A stretch of 64,000 nucleotides of DNA, from assembly GCA_022703375.1 (NCBI GenBank), contig JAKLDS010000002.1:20022-84021 (forward strand), in the 5' to 3' direction. The position numbers and the translations under genes were made by a program. Each line of letters begins with the position of its first letter. Position 1 is the stretch's first letter. This DNA is from Deltaproteobacteria bacterium. Its GTDB lineage: Bacteria; Desulfobacterota; Syntrophia; Syntrophales; Smithellaceae. Positions 29,197-37,774 of the stretch are shown piece after piece. Below the pieces are notes generated by a model, which saw only the letters and a list, made by a program, of their open reading frames with translations, did no database searches and had not been told where the DNA came from.

Positions 29197-29352
29197 ATGC
29201 GAAGTTTTTGCCTTGGTGTGAGCTTGCCCGCATAAACCGCTTATTGTAAGAGCGGCAAGCGGCGGCAAAGCAAGGCATTAACAGAGGCGGTTTTTAAAAA
29301 TGCCCGTTTTTAAAAACCGGAAATCGAACACCAAATTTTTTAGGAGGAAAAA

Positions 29353-30666
29353 ATGAAGAGATTTTGGTTAGTTTTACTGTCGTTGGGGCTGATTGCAGCC
29401 TTCAGCACGTCGGTCATGGCAGCTGATTTGAAAGTCAGCGGCTCTTATTATGCCGGCGGTTTGTATTTGAATAAAGTTGCTGTTGTTAAAACCGGCGCCA
29501 ATGATGACGGTTTGAACACCTCGTTCTATTTCCAGAGACTGCGCGTCCAGGCAGAATATGTTGCTGCTCCTGGTGTTTCCGTGCTGACTCGTTTTGATGC
29601 TCTGGAAAGAGCGTGGGGCGCGGTAAGATCCACACCCGGTACCACAGCCGACTCCATATCATCGGGAACACGCGCTGAAAATGAAAACATCGCTTTTGAT
29701 TATGCGTGTATCGTTTACGCCAGCCCGGTCGGTTTGTTCAGAGTTGGTATCCAGCCCGGCGGTGGATTCGGAACAGTATTTGCTGATTCCGTCGGTCCCC
29801 GTCAGAGATTGTTCTACAACTCCCCGAACCTGGGTGGTTTCACTTTACTGGCCATTCATGAAGTATTCACCGACAACAGCAGAATGGTAAATCAGCCCGC
29901 ATCAGTCACCTCGGATAGGGATTATGAGGATGGCCAGTTGGCGTTCATCTATGCCGCAAAGACCTGGCAGGTAGGTATGGCCTATGTTTATTTGGTCAAT
30001 GCGACTTCGAGAGATGCTGCTACACCCTATAAATCAAAATTCAACCTGTTGATTCCTTATGTGAAAGCCAATATCGGACCAGTCGCAATTCAGGCGGAAC
30101 TCGATTATTGGTTCGGCAAAATGAGAGATTATGAAGTCGCCGGTGTTACCGCACTCGAGAAACTGAACTCTCTGGCCGGCTGGGTTGATGTGAAGGTTAA
30201 TCTTGGTCCGGCTTATTTTGGCGGTATGGTCGCTTATTCACAGGGTCAGCCTGATCAGGATATGACCAGAGATACGTTGAATCAGCACGCCAGCGGCGGC
30301 GCCGACTGGAATCCCTGCATGATTATGTTCAATTATGACCTCACCTACTGGCAGGGCGGCATTACCGGTATCACCAATGCTTTCTCTAATGCCTGGCTGT
30401 ATCAGGTCAACGGCGGCGTCAAAATTGACAAATTCGATATCGGCGCATCCATTACCTATGCAACCCGCGACACAGTGGCGCCCGGTACAGACAAGGCTCT
30501 GGGCTGGGAAGTTGACGTAACCGGTACTTACAAAATCACCAATAACCTGTCCTATATGCTGGGCATCGGTTATTTGTCAACCGGCGATTACTTCAAAGCC
30601 GGCGTTGCTACTACCGAGCTTGTCAACAATTACCTGGTTATCAACAAGCTGACTCTGACCTTCTAA
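29353..30666 (+). CDS. outer-membrane beta-barrel porin-like protein
   Basis: 437 aa. Signal peptide MKRFWLVLLSLGLIAAFSTSVMA, alternating amphipathic pattern rich in Gly/Tyr, and a C-terminal ...LTLTF. AGGAGG RBS. Confidence 0.7.
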   Translation: MKRFWLVLLSLGLIAAFSTSVMAADLKVSGSYYAGGLYLNKVAVVKTGANDDGLNTSFYFQRLRVQAEYVAAPGVSVLTRFDALERAWGAVRSTPGTTADSISSGTRAENENIAFDYACIVYASPVGLFRVGIQPGGGFGTVFADSVGPRQRLFYNSPNLGGFTLLAIHEVFTDNSRMVNQPASVTSDRDYEDGQLAFIYAAKTWQVGMAYVYLVNATSRDAATPYKSKFNLLIPYVKANIGPVAIQAELDYWFGKMRDYEVAGVTALEKLNSLAGWVDVKVNLGPAYFGGMVAYSQGQPDQDMTRDTLNQHASGGADWNPCMIMFNYDLTYWQGGITGITNAFSNAWLYQVNGGVKIDKFDIGASITYATRDTVAPGTDKALGWEVDVTGTYKITNNLSYMLGIGYLSTGDYFKAGVATTELVNNYLVINKLTLTF

Positions 30667-30698
30667 GAGTTTCTCTGTTGATTAACGCTTAACTCAAA

Positions 30699-30729
30699 CC
30701 CCGGAGGGTTGTATCCTCCGGGGTTTTTT
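30699..30729 (+). terminator. intrinsic terminator
   Basis: CCCCGGAGG-GTTGTAT-CCTCCGGGG followed by TTTTTT. Confidence 0.9.
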
Positions 30730-30738
30730 AATGAGCCC

Positions 30739-30850
30739 CAAACTTCAGCAGCGAAGCGCGCTGAAGTTTGCTGGGCGTAATGAGATCCAAATCCCGAAAA
30801 CATAGTGAATCGGAATTGGGAATTATCCCCGAGCGAAGCCGACGGGGGGT
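30739..30850. repeat. diverged R3-related repeat
   Basis: AAACTTCAGC-AGCGAAGCGC-GCTGAAGTTT hairpin plus ATTATCCCCGAGCGAAGCC, resembling the AGCGAAGCGC / CTATCCCCGAAGCGAAGCGG blocks at 5046-5187. Confidence 0.5.
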
Positions 30851-30896
30851 ATTTTTTTAAAACCAATTGCTTTAATTTGCCAGTGATAATATTACT

Positions 30897-31161
30897 CCGA
30901 CAATAAAACATTTAAATGAGTTTGTGCTGTGAGAATTGGCAATGCGCCCGAATCTCTTCTCGCAGCCGGAAAAATTTTGGATCAAAGCTAAGGCTTGCTT
31001 CAGGCGATTCCAAAACTCGCCTGCGGCTCCAACAGTTGGAATCGCTGATCTTCAGCCGTGCCTTGATTTGATTACCAAAATATTTCCTGATTGGCTGCTC
31101 AAAGCGATTCGGATTCATGACGGCAATGGTAATCATAAAAATTTGATTATTTAATTGCCGG
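30897..31161. repeat. nested-palindrome repeat family R1 (265-bp full-length copy, diverged left end)
   Basis: The left end TACTCCGACAATAAAACATTTAAAT aligns with 32845-32870. The core GGCTTGCTTCAGGCGATTCCAAAACTCG...CAACAGTTGGAATCGCTGA matches the copy at 32848. The right end ATTTAATTGCCGG is identical to 33090-33102. Confidence 0.75.
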
Positions 31162-31323
31162 AGTAATAGGTTTTACCGACATTGAAAAAACGAGGATTGT
31201 CTTATCAATAAAATTTGCGGCAATACTACGGGGCTCAATGCCTCCGAGCGAAAAGAGATAGAACGCCTGCAGCGCAAAAATATTGCGCCGGCCAGCATTA
31301 TTACTATCGAGCTGGCGCGCCGG

Positions 31324-32820
31324 ATGGCTCTTCTTTCCCGCGCGCTCAACCGCCAGATCGGTCTCCTCATTAATCGCCGGGGAGAAATTCATACTGTTAT
31401 TATCGGCGACCATAAAAGCATCATGATTCCTTCTTTAGAGGGTTTTCGCTCTTCATCTGACCGTTTCAAAGGCTTGCGGTTGATTCACACTCATTTGGCC
31501 GGTGAGGAACTTTCGCCGGAGGATTTGACGGATTTATCTCATTTACGCCTGGATTTAATTGCCGCACTGTCTGTTACGCAGGAAGGAATGCCGGGACTGC
31601 TTTACTGGGCGCACCTGCTGCCGGAAAACCCGGAAGGCAATTACTGGCTGATTATGGATCCGGTTTCTCCGGCGCAGCTTGACCTGAATTTTCCGGATTT
31701 TATTCAAACACTGGAAGAACAATTTACCCGCCGTCAGAAAACCCGCAGCATTGCGGCCGCAGAAAAAGCTATTCTTTTACGGGTGGAAACACAGGCGAAA
31801 GCCGACGCGCAGGATTCCATTGCGGAACTGGGCGAACTGGCGCGTTCCTGCGGAGTGGCAGTGTTTGATGCCGTTGTCCAGTATCGTTCCCAGCCCGACC
31901 CGAAATTCATGGTCGGCAGGGGAAAATTATCCGACATTGTCCTGAGAGCCACGCAAATAGGCGCCAATCTGCTTATCTTTGACCATGAGCTGACTCCGGC
32001 GCAGGTCCGCTCCATCAGTGATTTCACCGGATTAAAAATCCTCGACCGCTCACAGCTTATTCTGGATATATTTGCGAGGCGGGCGCACAGCCGGGAAGGA
32101 AAAATTCAGGTGGAACTGGCGCAGTTGAAATATCTGCTGCCGCGCCTTACCCACAGCGATGCCTCGCTCTCGCGGCTGGCCGGCGGCATCGGCGGGATTG
32201 GACCCGGTGAAACAAAGCTGGAAATCGATCGCCGCCGGATTCGTGAACGGATAACTCATTTGGAAAAAGATTTAAAAGCGGTGGCCAAATCGCGGCGACA
32301 ACGCCGCGGCAAAAGAGAAAAATCAGGATTGCCTGTCGTTTCCATTGTCGGCTATACGAACGCCGGCAAATCCACATTAATCAATACATTGACAAAAAGC
32401 GCCGTTTTGGTCGAAAACAAATTATTTGCAACGCTGGATACCAAAAGCGCGCGGCTGCGCTTTCCCCGGGATACCGAAGCGATTATCACCGATACGGTGG
32501 GCTTTATCCGGGATTTGCCGGAGGAACTGCTGGCCGCCTTCCGGGCTACCCTCGATGAACTTCACGACGCGGATTTACTGATTCACGTGATTGATGTCAG
32601 CAGCAGGCATTTTGAAAATCACATTGCCGCCGTGGAAAAAATACTGGAAGAGCTGTCGCTTAACGATAAGCCGGTAATCAGGGCTTTTAATAAAGCAGAC
32701 CTTTTCGCCGATAAGTCTGTGCTCACAAGCCTCAGCAGCCGTTTCGACGCCGTAGTGATATCCGCTTTCGATAAAACCACGTTGTATCCACTGCTGGAAA
32801 AAATCGAAGAGTTGGTGTAG
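31324..32820 (+). CDS. hflX: GTPase HflX (true start probably upstream, non-canonical)
   Basis: G1 motif GYTNAGKST, DTVGF, NKAD. The coding-like frame continues upstream to a stop at 31183-31185 without ATG/GTG/TTG. GAGGA at 31192-31196 is followed after 7 nt by an in-frame ATC at 31204. Confidence 0.88.
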   Translation: MALLSRALNRQIGLLINRRGEIHTVIIGDHKSIMIPSLEGFRSSSDRFKGLRLIHTHLAGEELSPEDLTDLSHLRLDLIAALSVTQEGMPGLLYWAHLLPENPEGNYWLIMDPVSPAQLDLNFPDFIQTLEEQFTRRQKTRSIAAAEKAILLRVETQAKADAQDSIAELGELARSCGVAVFDAVVQYRSQPDPKFMVGRGKLSDIVLRATQIGANLLIFDHELTPAQVRSISDFTGLKILDRSQLILDIFARRAHSREGKIQVELAQLKYLLPRLTHSDASLSRLAGGIGGIGPGETKLEIDRRRIRERITHLEKDLKAVAKSRRQRRGKREKSGLPVVSIVGYTNAGKSTLINTLTKSAVLVENKLFATLDTKSARLRFPRDTEAIITDTVGFIRDLPEELLAAFRATLDELHDADLLIHVIDVSSRHFENHIAAVEKILEELSLNDKPVIRAFNKADLFADKSVLTSLSSRFDAVVISAFDKTTLYPLLEKIEELV

Positions 32821-32847
32821 AAAAAATGGCTAAGGCATATATTTACT

Positions 32848-33102
32848 CCGGCAATTAAATATATTAAATTGGTTTTACGATTGGATGCCATAACAGAGCC
32901 GGAAATATTTTTGGAATAAATCTAATGCTTGCTTCAGGCGATTCCAAAACTCGTCCGCCGCTGGCGGACTCAAACAGTTGAAATCGCTGACCTTCCGCTT
33001 CGCCTTGATTTATTTGCCAAAATATTCCCTAATTGGCTCTGTTATAGCATCCTTCGTTAATCAATTCTTGATAAGGAATTCGTGTTAATTATTTAATTGC
33101 CG
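32848..33102. repeat. nested-palindrome repeat family R1 (255-bp full-length copy)
   Basis: Perfect 13-bp terminal inverted repeats CCGGCAATTAAAT (32848-32860) / ATTTAATTGCCGG (33090-33102). Inner inverted repeat CAGAGCCGGAAATATTTTTGG / CCAAAATATTCCCTAATTGGCTCTG. Central hairpin TCCGCC-GCT-GGCGGA. Confidence 0.85.
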
Positions 33103-33128
33103 GATAAATAGTCCAAAGGGGAGGATCA

Positions 33129-35081
33129 ATGAAACTTTTGCGTTGGGCGGTTTTTTTTGTGTTCATAATTTGTTCAACAAATAGCTATGCGGCGGAAAAA
33201 CTGCTGACGATTGTTCATACCAATGATCTGCACTCCCATCTGCAGGGCTTTTCGCCGGAAATTGACTACCGGCCTGCCGCAGTCAATACCGATGCCACTT
33301 TTGGCGGTTGGTCGCGCATTGCCACCGTGATTAAACAAACAAGAGAGTCAAGAAAAAATCCCGTACTCGTAGTGGATTCCGGCGATTATTTCATGGGCTC
33401 GCTTTTTCATATGCTGGCGCGCGAAGAAGCCTTCGAACTGAGATTGCTGGGGCAAATGGGCTATGATGTTGTCACTCTCGGCAATCATGAGTTTGATTTA
33501 AAACCGGCGGGGCTGGCGCGTATTTTAACAACTGCCCAAAGCAAAGGCCGCATACCGCAGATAGTTTTTGCCAGCGCCATTTTTACCAAAGATAATCCCA
33601 AAGATGCTTCGCTGAAAAGAGCTTTCGCGGATGTTGGCGTCAAACCTTATACGGTAATTGTCCGCGACGGCCTGAAAATCGGCATTTTCGGCATTCTGGG
33701 CAAAGACGCGGCGGCGGTTTCTCCTTTCGCGGCGCCGGTAAAATTCCGCGATCCGGTCGAGGTTTCCCGGGAAGTGGTGACGACGCTGCGCGAAAAGGAA
33801 AAAGTGGATATTGTCATTTGTCTCTCCCACAGCGGCTTGCACAAGGACCGGAAAAAATCGGAGGACGAAATTCTGGCCCGGGAAGTAAAGGGGATTGATG
33901 TTATCGTGAGCGGGCATACTCATGCGCTGCATCCAAGTCCCGTTCAGGCCGGCGACACAATTATTGTGCATGCCTGGGTCTACGGCAAACACACGGGTGT
34001 GCTGGATATTGCTTTTGCCGATAAGAAAGTCAAACTCAAGAACTACCAGACTGTTGTCATTAACAGCGCGATTGCCGGCGATTCCTTTATTCAGGACACC
34101 ATTGACAGTTTTAAGAAAAAGATAGACGCTGACTTCCTTGGGAAATATTCGTTAAATTACGATAAAATCATCGCCAGCACGAACAAGAGCTTAACGATGG
34201 CAGTGGATGAATCACCTGTCGGCAACCTGATTGCCGATTCCATCCGCTGGTATGTTAATAAATATGACGCGAATCCCGCCGATCCGGAAAGCAGAGTTGC
34301 CGTTGCCATTGAATCCAACGGCGTTATCCGGGATGACCTGCTTCAGGGTAAAACCGGAAAAATTGCCGTGGGCGATTTGTTCCGCACCATTCCGCTGGGC
34401 ATCGGCTCTGATGACTCAATGGGCTATCCTCTTATTTCCTTTTATCTTTACGGCTACGAAATCAAAAGGGCGCTGGAAATTCTGACCAGCGTGCAGCCGC
34501 AGAAGGGGCCTGACTATTTTTTGCAGGTTTCCGGTCTTCGTTTTACTTACAATCCCAACCGTGTAATATTCGACAGAGTAACCGCAATTGAACTGGGAAG
34601 CATCGAAGATGGTTTTCATGCGCTGGATTACAGCAAGTCCAACAAAAAATTATATCGCGCCGCAGCCAATATCTATAACTCGGCGTTTCTGAAAGTAATC
34701 GGCGGCTATACATTCCACTTTCTTGATATTGTCCCGAAAAACAAAAACGGTCAGGCGGTAAACGATTTATCGGCGCTGAGGGTGGATGGCGATAAATCCC
34801 GGGAGGGCATTCAGGAACTGAAGCAGTGGCTGGGAACAATCCTCTATGTGCAATCTTTTTCTGACGCCAATAATGACGGCCGGCCCGATATACCGGAAAA
34901 ATATCAGAGCAAGCAGGGACGAATCGTCGTTGAAACAAGCTGGAGCCCTGCCGCCCTGTTAGCTAATTGCTCGCTGCCGACTTATCTTGCCCTGCTTATC
35001 GCGGGAATCGCTCTGGCTTTGGTGGTTATTGCCATAGTTATAATGAGGCGGAAGCTGGCGGCAGCGAAAGCCGGAAAATAA
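33129..35081 (+). CDS. bifunctional metallophosphatase/5'-nucleotidase, C-terminally membrane anchored
   Basis: 650 aa. Signal peptide, HTNDLHSHL, GNHEFD and SHSG motifs, and a C-terminal hydrophobic helix followed by basic residues. Confidence 0.85.
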   Translation: MKLLRWAVFFVFIICSTNSYAAEKLLTIVHTNDLHSHLQGFSPEIDYRPAAVNTDATFGGWSRIATVIKQTRESRKNPVLVVDSGDYFMGSLFHMLAREEAFELRLLGQMGYDVVTLGNHEFDLKPAGLARILTTAQSKGRIPQIVFASAIFTKDNPKDASLKRAFADVGVKPYTVIVRDGLKIGIFGILGKDAAAVSPFAAPVKFRDPVEVSREVVTTLREKEKVDIVICLSHSGLHKDRKKSEDEILAREVKGIDVIVSGHTHALHPSPVQAGDTIIVHAWVYGKHTGVLDIAFADKKVKLKNYQTVVINSAIAGDSFIQDTIDSFKKKIDADFLGKYSLNYDKIIASTNKSLTMAVDESPVGNLIADSIRWYVNKYDANPADPESRVAVAIESNGVIRDDLLQGKTGKIAVGDLFRTIPLGIGSDDSMGYPLISFYLYGYEIKRALEILTSVQPQKGPDYFLQVSGLRFTYNPNRVIFDRVTAIELGSIEDGFHALDYSKSNKKLYRAAANIYNSAFLKVIGGYTFHFLDIVPKNKNGQAVNDLSALRVDGDKSREGIQELKQWLGTILYVQSFSDANNDGRPDIPEKYQSKQGRIVVETSWSPAALLANCSLPTYLALLIAGIALALVVIAIVIMRRKLAAAKAGK

Positions 35082-35174
35082 AGCCGGCGAGAAAGACAAC
35101 CGGGCAGTCCAGAGAAAATCAATCAAGCGAAGTGCTAAACAAAAGATAAAACTTTATTTGGCAGATTCCTTTTA

Positions 35175-36419
35175 TTAAATCCCGGATTTTCTTTCCCGGA
35201 CGACTTCCATGAAGGCGTCAATGCGTGTGTCAATCTGGCTTTCCGAGAAAAACCTTTCATCAACCATATCCGCTTCAATCATCAGGGAAGGCAGCCCGCG
35301 TTCTTCGCGCACAATGCGCTGAATATCGAGCTGGCCGAATGAATAAGGCTTGCAGCTTCTGTTGGAATGCATCACCAGGCCGTCGGCTTTGTATTTATCA
35401 ATCATCTGGATAACCTGCCGCGCCATTTCATCAATCCCGATGTTGAGATAAATCCGGGAATAACCCTCCGCCATGGATTCCAGAAAATTATTTTCATCAA
35501 TGTATTGCAGCGCCCCGCACCAGGCTGATGTATAGGTGTCGGCCACGAGACAGGCATCAGCCGCGGCGAATTTCTGGGACAGCCAGCGAGTGCGGTACCA
35601 GATGGGGAGATTGTCCCACAGCAGGCGATGCTTCTCGTTGGGAATCGCGCCGATGCCGTCGGCAACCCGCTGCTTCATTTCCGCCAGCAGCTCCTGATAG
35701 TAATCAACGGCCTGCCTTGTTCCGCGCAGTGTAACAATCAGCGCCAGATGAAAAAAAGCGTCAAAAGCGGAAAGCGGCGCCGGCCTGTTTTGCGCCGTAT
35801 CCAGCACGGCCTGCCAGAGCCTTTGCGCTTCCACGGAAAGCCTGCCCACCTCCTTCATCCGGTCGTGATCCATTTTCTTTTTACAAACCTTCTCCAGAAA
35901 AAGGATATATTCTTCAACTTGCTTTTTTACATACTGACGGGCTTCCTGGGTGAATTGCGTGTGACAAAAAGGAGTGTCCAGAATAAACAGCGGGACATTA
36001 AAATATCTGGCCTGCACTTCATACCATTTCAAAACAGTGCCGCAGATATTGTTGCAGCAAATCAGCATATTCGGTTTGGGCAGCCCGCCGATGGGCCCGC
36101 CCTTGGCCGGAGCGCAGGAAATATCAGAGCGGGCATAGGAACACAAATCGCTCGAGTAGCCCATGGCTTCAGCCTTCTGGCATAAGTCAACGCCCATTTT
36201 AGAAGCGCCGATCATCGCGCCGTGATTTTCCGGATATACCGGGATAATATTCATGGCAATCAAAGGCTCCACCGGGCCGCCGCTGGTAATCCAGGCGATT
36301 TTTTTACGGGTCAGCCAGGCGAGCTTTGCCTTTTTATAATACTTCGTCATGATAGCCTTCATCTTTTTGACGGACTTGATTTTACGTTTTTCTTTTTCCG
36401 GGTCTTTTCCTTCGGCCAT
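35175..36419 (-). CDS. 2-hydroxyacyl-CoA dehydratase family subunit (HgdB/BcrB-like)
   Basis: 414 aa. Sequence recalled as the HGD-D family (PF06050-like), with conserved Cys residues. GAGGAG RBS. Confidence 0.7.
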   Translation of the reverse strand: MAEGKDPEKEKRKIKSVKKMKAIMTKYYKKAKLAWLTRKKIAWITSGGPVEPLIAMNIIPVYPENHGAMIGASKMGVDLCQKAEAMGYSSDLCSYARSDISCAPAKGGPIGGLPKPNMLICCNNICGTVLKWYEVQARYFNVPLFILDTPFCHTQFTQEARQYVKKQVEEYILFLEKVCKKKMDHDRMKEVGRLSVEAQRLWQAVLDTAQNRPAPLSAFDAFFHLALIVTLRGTRQAVDYYQELLAEMKQRVADGIGAIPNEKHRLLWDNLPIWYRTRWLSQKFAAADACLVADTYTSAWCGALQYIDENNFLESMAEGYSRIYLNIGIDEMARQVIQMIDKYKADGLVMHSNRSCKPYSFGQLDIQRIVREERGLPSLMIEADMVDERFFSESQIDTRIDAFMEVVRERKSGI

Positions 36420-36445
36420 ATATTCTCCTCGATTTAACTCTATTC

Positions 36446-36535
36446 TCCTCCCCCTCGACGGGGGAGGCAGGGTGGGGGCGATAAGACAATTATGTTTTTC
36501 ACCCTCCCTCTATCCCTCCCATCAAGGGAGGGAAG
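36446..36535. repeat. GC-rich double-hairpin repeat (family R2)
   Basis: CCTCCCCC-TCGAC-GGGGGAGG, GGTGGGGG...CACCCTCCCTC, and CCCTCCC-ATCAA-GGGAGGG. Same layout and same plus-strand orientation as 6713-6802. Confidence 0.75.
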
Positions 36536-36608
36536 ATATGTTTATTGACCTTTGTCCAGTCAGGGGAATAAAAAATCCTAAATAAACTTTACGCAGCCTT
36601 CGGCCTTT

Positions 36609-37745
36609 TTACAAGGTCTTCAAAGTTTCCAAAAACGCTTCAATACGTGTCTTCATCTGTTCCTGCGCCTGCGGCTGGTCTTCCACTTCCAGAAGCAGGC
36701 AGGGCAATCCTTCCTTATCCAGAGCTTTCTTTAAATAAGGATAATCGAAGGCGTGCGGATCACAGAATTTAAGGAGCATAAAAATGACTCCATCAGCATG
36801 GCAATCTTTTACCAGATGCAGGAGATTTTCCGCTCTGCTTCTATTGCCCATGTGTTTGGCCGGGCAAACTACACGCTTAACATATCTTTCTGCTATGGCG
36901 GTAATCGGATCGCCATTGACGCTTATTTGTCCGGCAAAATAACGGGAGCCCGTGCATAAATCATCACCTGCGATATGGGCTCCGACGTCTTCAACCAGGG
37001 AATAAATATCCGGCTGACTGCAAATTCCGCCGGATAAAATCAGTCTCTTTCTCCTGTTTTTTTTGTTGTCCGCCGTCCCGGTTGCTTTTTGCATTTCTCC
37101 AACGACAGCCTGCAAAATAGTGAGATAGCTTTCTCTGTCCATAATCATGGCAGCTTTGACCAGAGCATAGACATCCCTGCCGCTCAACAGATCCGGATTA
37201 CTTTTTCTGAGTTCATACACCTTTTGCAGGTTGTTGCGAATGTTATTATAAAGAGTAATGGATTTCCGCAGATCATCATCCGAAATTTTTGTTTGCAGCG
37301 CCTTGCCCAGATCATCACGGAAACGATGCAGCACGTCAATCAGGTACTGACAGGCATCGGCCGTGTCCAGCTTGACAGGTAAAACAATATCCAAATGGAA
37401 GCCCTCAGGAACATTCAGCCGCCAGATGTCGGAGAGGCGCTGAACAGTATCGCAGGTATGAGGGAAAATCATGCCGGTAAGATAATTTAAATTACCGGCA
37501 AGCGCATCCTCCAGCACGCCGCGCACCAGAGAACAGCAGTATGATTGCAAATGGCTGTCCGCCAGAAGAATGTTTCTGCCGGAGCCAAACAGGCGCAGCG
37601 GATGAGCGCCGGCCGCATGAATAATTTCTTCCGGAGCATAGCTGCACATATAACCGATTATTTTTTTGCCGCTTGTTTCCTGAAGCCTCCGGGCATAAGC
37701 AATCGGATTGCCGGTAATCCCGGCCAGCTCTTTCATTTGTTTCAT
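36609..37745 (-). CDS. 2-hydroxyacyl-CoA dehydratase family subunit (HgdA/BcrC-like)
   Basis: ORF 36609-37874. The ATG at 37745 (MKQMKELAG) has a GAGGGGA RBS and avoids overlap with the upstream gene. Assigned to the HGD-D family by overall pattern. Confidence 0.7.
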   Translation of the reverse strand: MKQMKELAGITGNPIAYARRLQETSGKKIIGYMCSYAPEEIIHAAGAHPLRLFGSGRNILLADSHLQSYCCSLVRGVLEDALAGNLNYLTGMIFPHTCDTVQRLSDIWRLNVPEGFHLDIVLPVKLDTADACQYLIDVLHRFRDDLGKALQTKISDDDLRKSITLYNNIRNNLQKVYELRKSNPDLLSGRDVYALVKAAMIMDRESYLTILQAVVGEMQKATGTADNKKNRRKRLILSGGICSQPDIYSLVEDVGAHIAGDDLCTGSRYFAGQISVNGDPITAIAERYVKRVVCPAKHMGNRSRAENLLHLVKDCHADGVIFMLLKFCDPHAFDYPYLKKALDKEGLPCLLLEVEDQPQAQEQMKTRIEAFLETLKTL

Positions 37746-37774
37746 TAGTATCCCCTCATGGTTTGAACTGCTTA

